Of a stretch of DNA of 64,000 nt, positions 62,432-64,000 are shown in pieces. How positions within the stretch are numbered: position 1 is the stretch's first letter; each line of letters starts with the position of its first letter. The notes under the pieces were generated by a model. That model was not told the DNA's origin. It ran no database searches and was given only the letters and a program-made list of their open reading frames with translations. The position numbers and the translations under genes were made by a program. The DNA lies in NCBI GenBank assembly GCA_951406725.2, contig OX597815.1, positions 212,722,001 to 212,786,000 on the forward strand. The letters run 5' to 3'. Source of the DNA: Octopus vulgaris (taxonomy: Eukaryota).

Positions 62432-62738
62432 GGAAGCACATGGTCCAGTGGTTAGAGCAGCGAACTCGCGGTTGAGGGATCGCGGGTTCGAATCTTAGAG
62501 CGGATGATGTGTGTGTTTATGAGTGAAATAGCTAAGCTCCATGCGGCTCTGGCAGAAGATAATGGTGAACTTCTGCTGACTCTTTCGCCACAACTTTCTC
62601 TCACTCTTTCCTCCTGCATCTTGCAGCTCACCTGCGACAGACCGGTGTCCCATCCAAGTGGGGAACCTATATGCCAAGGAAACCGGGAAACCGGCTCTTA
62701 TGAGCCAGGCATGGCTCGAGAAGGAACAAACAACAAAC
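62432..62738 (+). mobile_element. Family D SINE, tail type 3
   Basis: TGGTCCAGTGG...GAACTCGCGG...GGGTTCGAATC head; body to ACTCTTTCGCCAC; tail GGTGTCCCATCCAAG...GAAACCGGGAAACCGG...GGCTCGAGAAGG(AAC)n. Confidence 0.82.
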
Positions 62739-62839
62739 ACATACCATCTCTCCACTCATGGATATGCCTCAAAGGAAAGATGAGTTGATATGTTCACAGC
62801 ATCCATGGGGCTGTGAGGGATGCCAGATAAAAAAAGCTG

Positions 62840-63095
62840 GTTTCTCCATCAGTTACAACAACAAGGATTCCAGTTGATCTGATCAACAGAACAGCCTGCT
62901 TGGGAAATTAATGTACAAGTGGTTGAGAACTCCACAGACACACATACCCTTAACAGAGTTCTCAGGGAGATTCAGCACGACACGGAATGTCACAAAGCTG
63001 ACCTTTTGAAATACAGGTACTACTCATTTTTGCTAGCTGAGTGGACTGGAGCCACATGAAATAAAGTGTCTTGCTCAAGGACACAATGCGCTGCA
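62840..63095 (-). mobile_element. Headless SINE sharing the family E core but with a different tail
   Basis: Minus-strand TTGTGTCCTTGAGCAAGACACTTTATTTC..GCTCCAGTCCACTCAGCT matches family E; the downstream sequence does not. Confidence 0.75.
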
Positions 63096-63311
63096 GGATA
63101 AACTGGGATTTTCAGGAGAGATATTGACCAGCTAATTCGTACATTATAAGTGCAATCTGTGAGTGGAACAGTAAAAATATGCAAGACTTCTCAAGTTCCA
63201 AAAGTCAATTTGTCTGTGTTAACTACATCCCAAAGATGGAGCCTTGCATCTTTGTTGGAAACCAGCCTCCTCCTCAGTGGAAGATTTATAATAACTAAAA
63301 AATAGAAGAGA

Positions 63312-63447
63312 CATACATACATACATACATACATGCATGCATGCATGCATATATACATACATACATACATACATATATACATACATACATACATACATAC
63401 ATACATACATACATACATACATACATACATACATACATACGTGCATA
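63312..63447. repeat. (TACA)n microsatellite
   Basis: Read directly from the sequence. Confidence 0.95.
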
Positions 63448-64000
63448 CAGGATTACCCTGTTGATGTCTAAATTCTAGTGAAAGAGTTTTGTCTTTTTGG
63501 GTTAGAACCAGTTCTGTCTGCCAGACTAGAATTTAATGGTTAAACTTTGTGTTTTCTATATATACCTACTGGATATGATTAATCAATACAGTAGTAATAT
63601 CATTGATTAGTTAGCGATAAGGAATTCTTTTTTTAATTAGGTGCAAAGGACAATAGGTGAGTATAGCAAACCAAATTAACCAATAGTGACAAATATATCA
63701 CTGGTATTAGTTTTATTGATCACAAAGAACTGAATGACATGAATCAAATAAATACAACTTATTGAACCATAAAGCATTTCTGCTATCCTTTGAACTGTAT
63801 CTATCAACTACAAATTCTCAATTAATAATAAATGAACTAAGTGTGAAATGGCATTAAATATACATCAGTCAACCATGAGATCTTAGGTTTCATATATAAG
63901 GTTGATAGCCAACAAATTTGAGTCTTTTCTCACATTAAATTTCATTCTTTTTAAAAGAATTTTAGAAATAAATTCCAATTTTTAAATGGAAACTGAAATG

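Overview
This is an AT-rich, repeat-saturated eukaryotic window. The repeat families and dense (TA)n/(TG)n/(GA)n microsatellites point to an Octopus genome; that is my recognition of the families, not a database result. I found no protein-coding gene I can name, and almost all listed ORFs are SINE or microsatellite artefacts. Short non-autonomous retroposons dominate. My labels: A = tRNA-headed SINE with an internal microsatellite; B = (GAT)n-tailed element with an amplified internal module; C = Meta-like SINE; D/E = tRNA-Arg-headed SINEs. Decayed mariner, Tc1, piggyBac, hAT, Gypsy, CR1/L2 and Penelope fossils are present, plus piggyBac MITEs and one complete non-autonomous Helitron. Two repeat-free, CpG-richer islands (about 13.7-14.3 kb and 28.3-29.4 kb) look like minus-strand promoters with non-coding first exons. 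A 61-nt minus-strand exon at 26.5 kb could encode a signal peptide. The best lead is a Penelope-type fold-back element at 32.5-32.8 kb carrying an intact minimal hammerhead ribozyme opposite a mutated antisense copy. Other leads are SINE tail swapping, family B module amplification, closely spaced inverted SINE pairs and a pre-miRNA-shaped hairpin. None is a demonstrated new system. Repeat boundaries were read by eye and are approximate unless a TSD or TIR is quoted.
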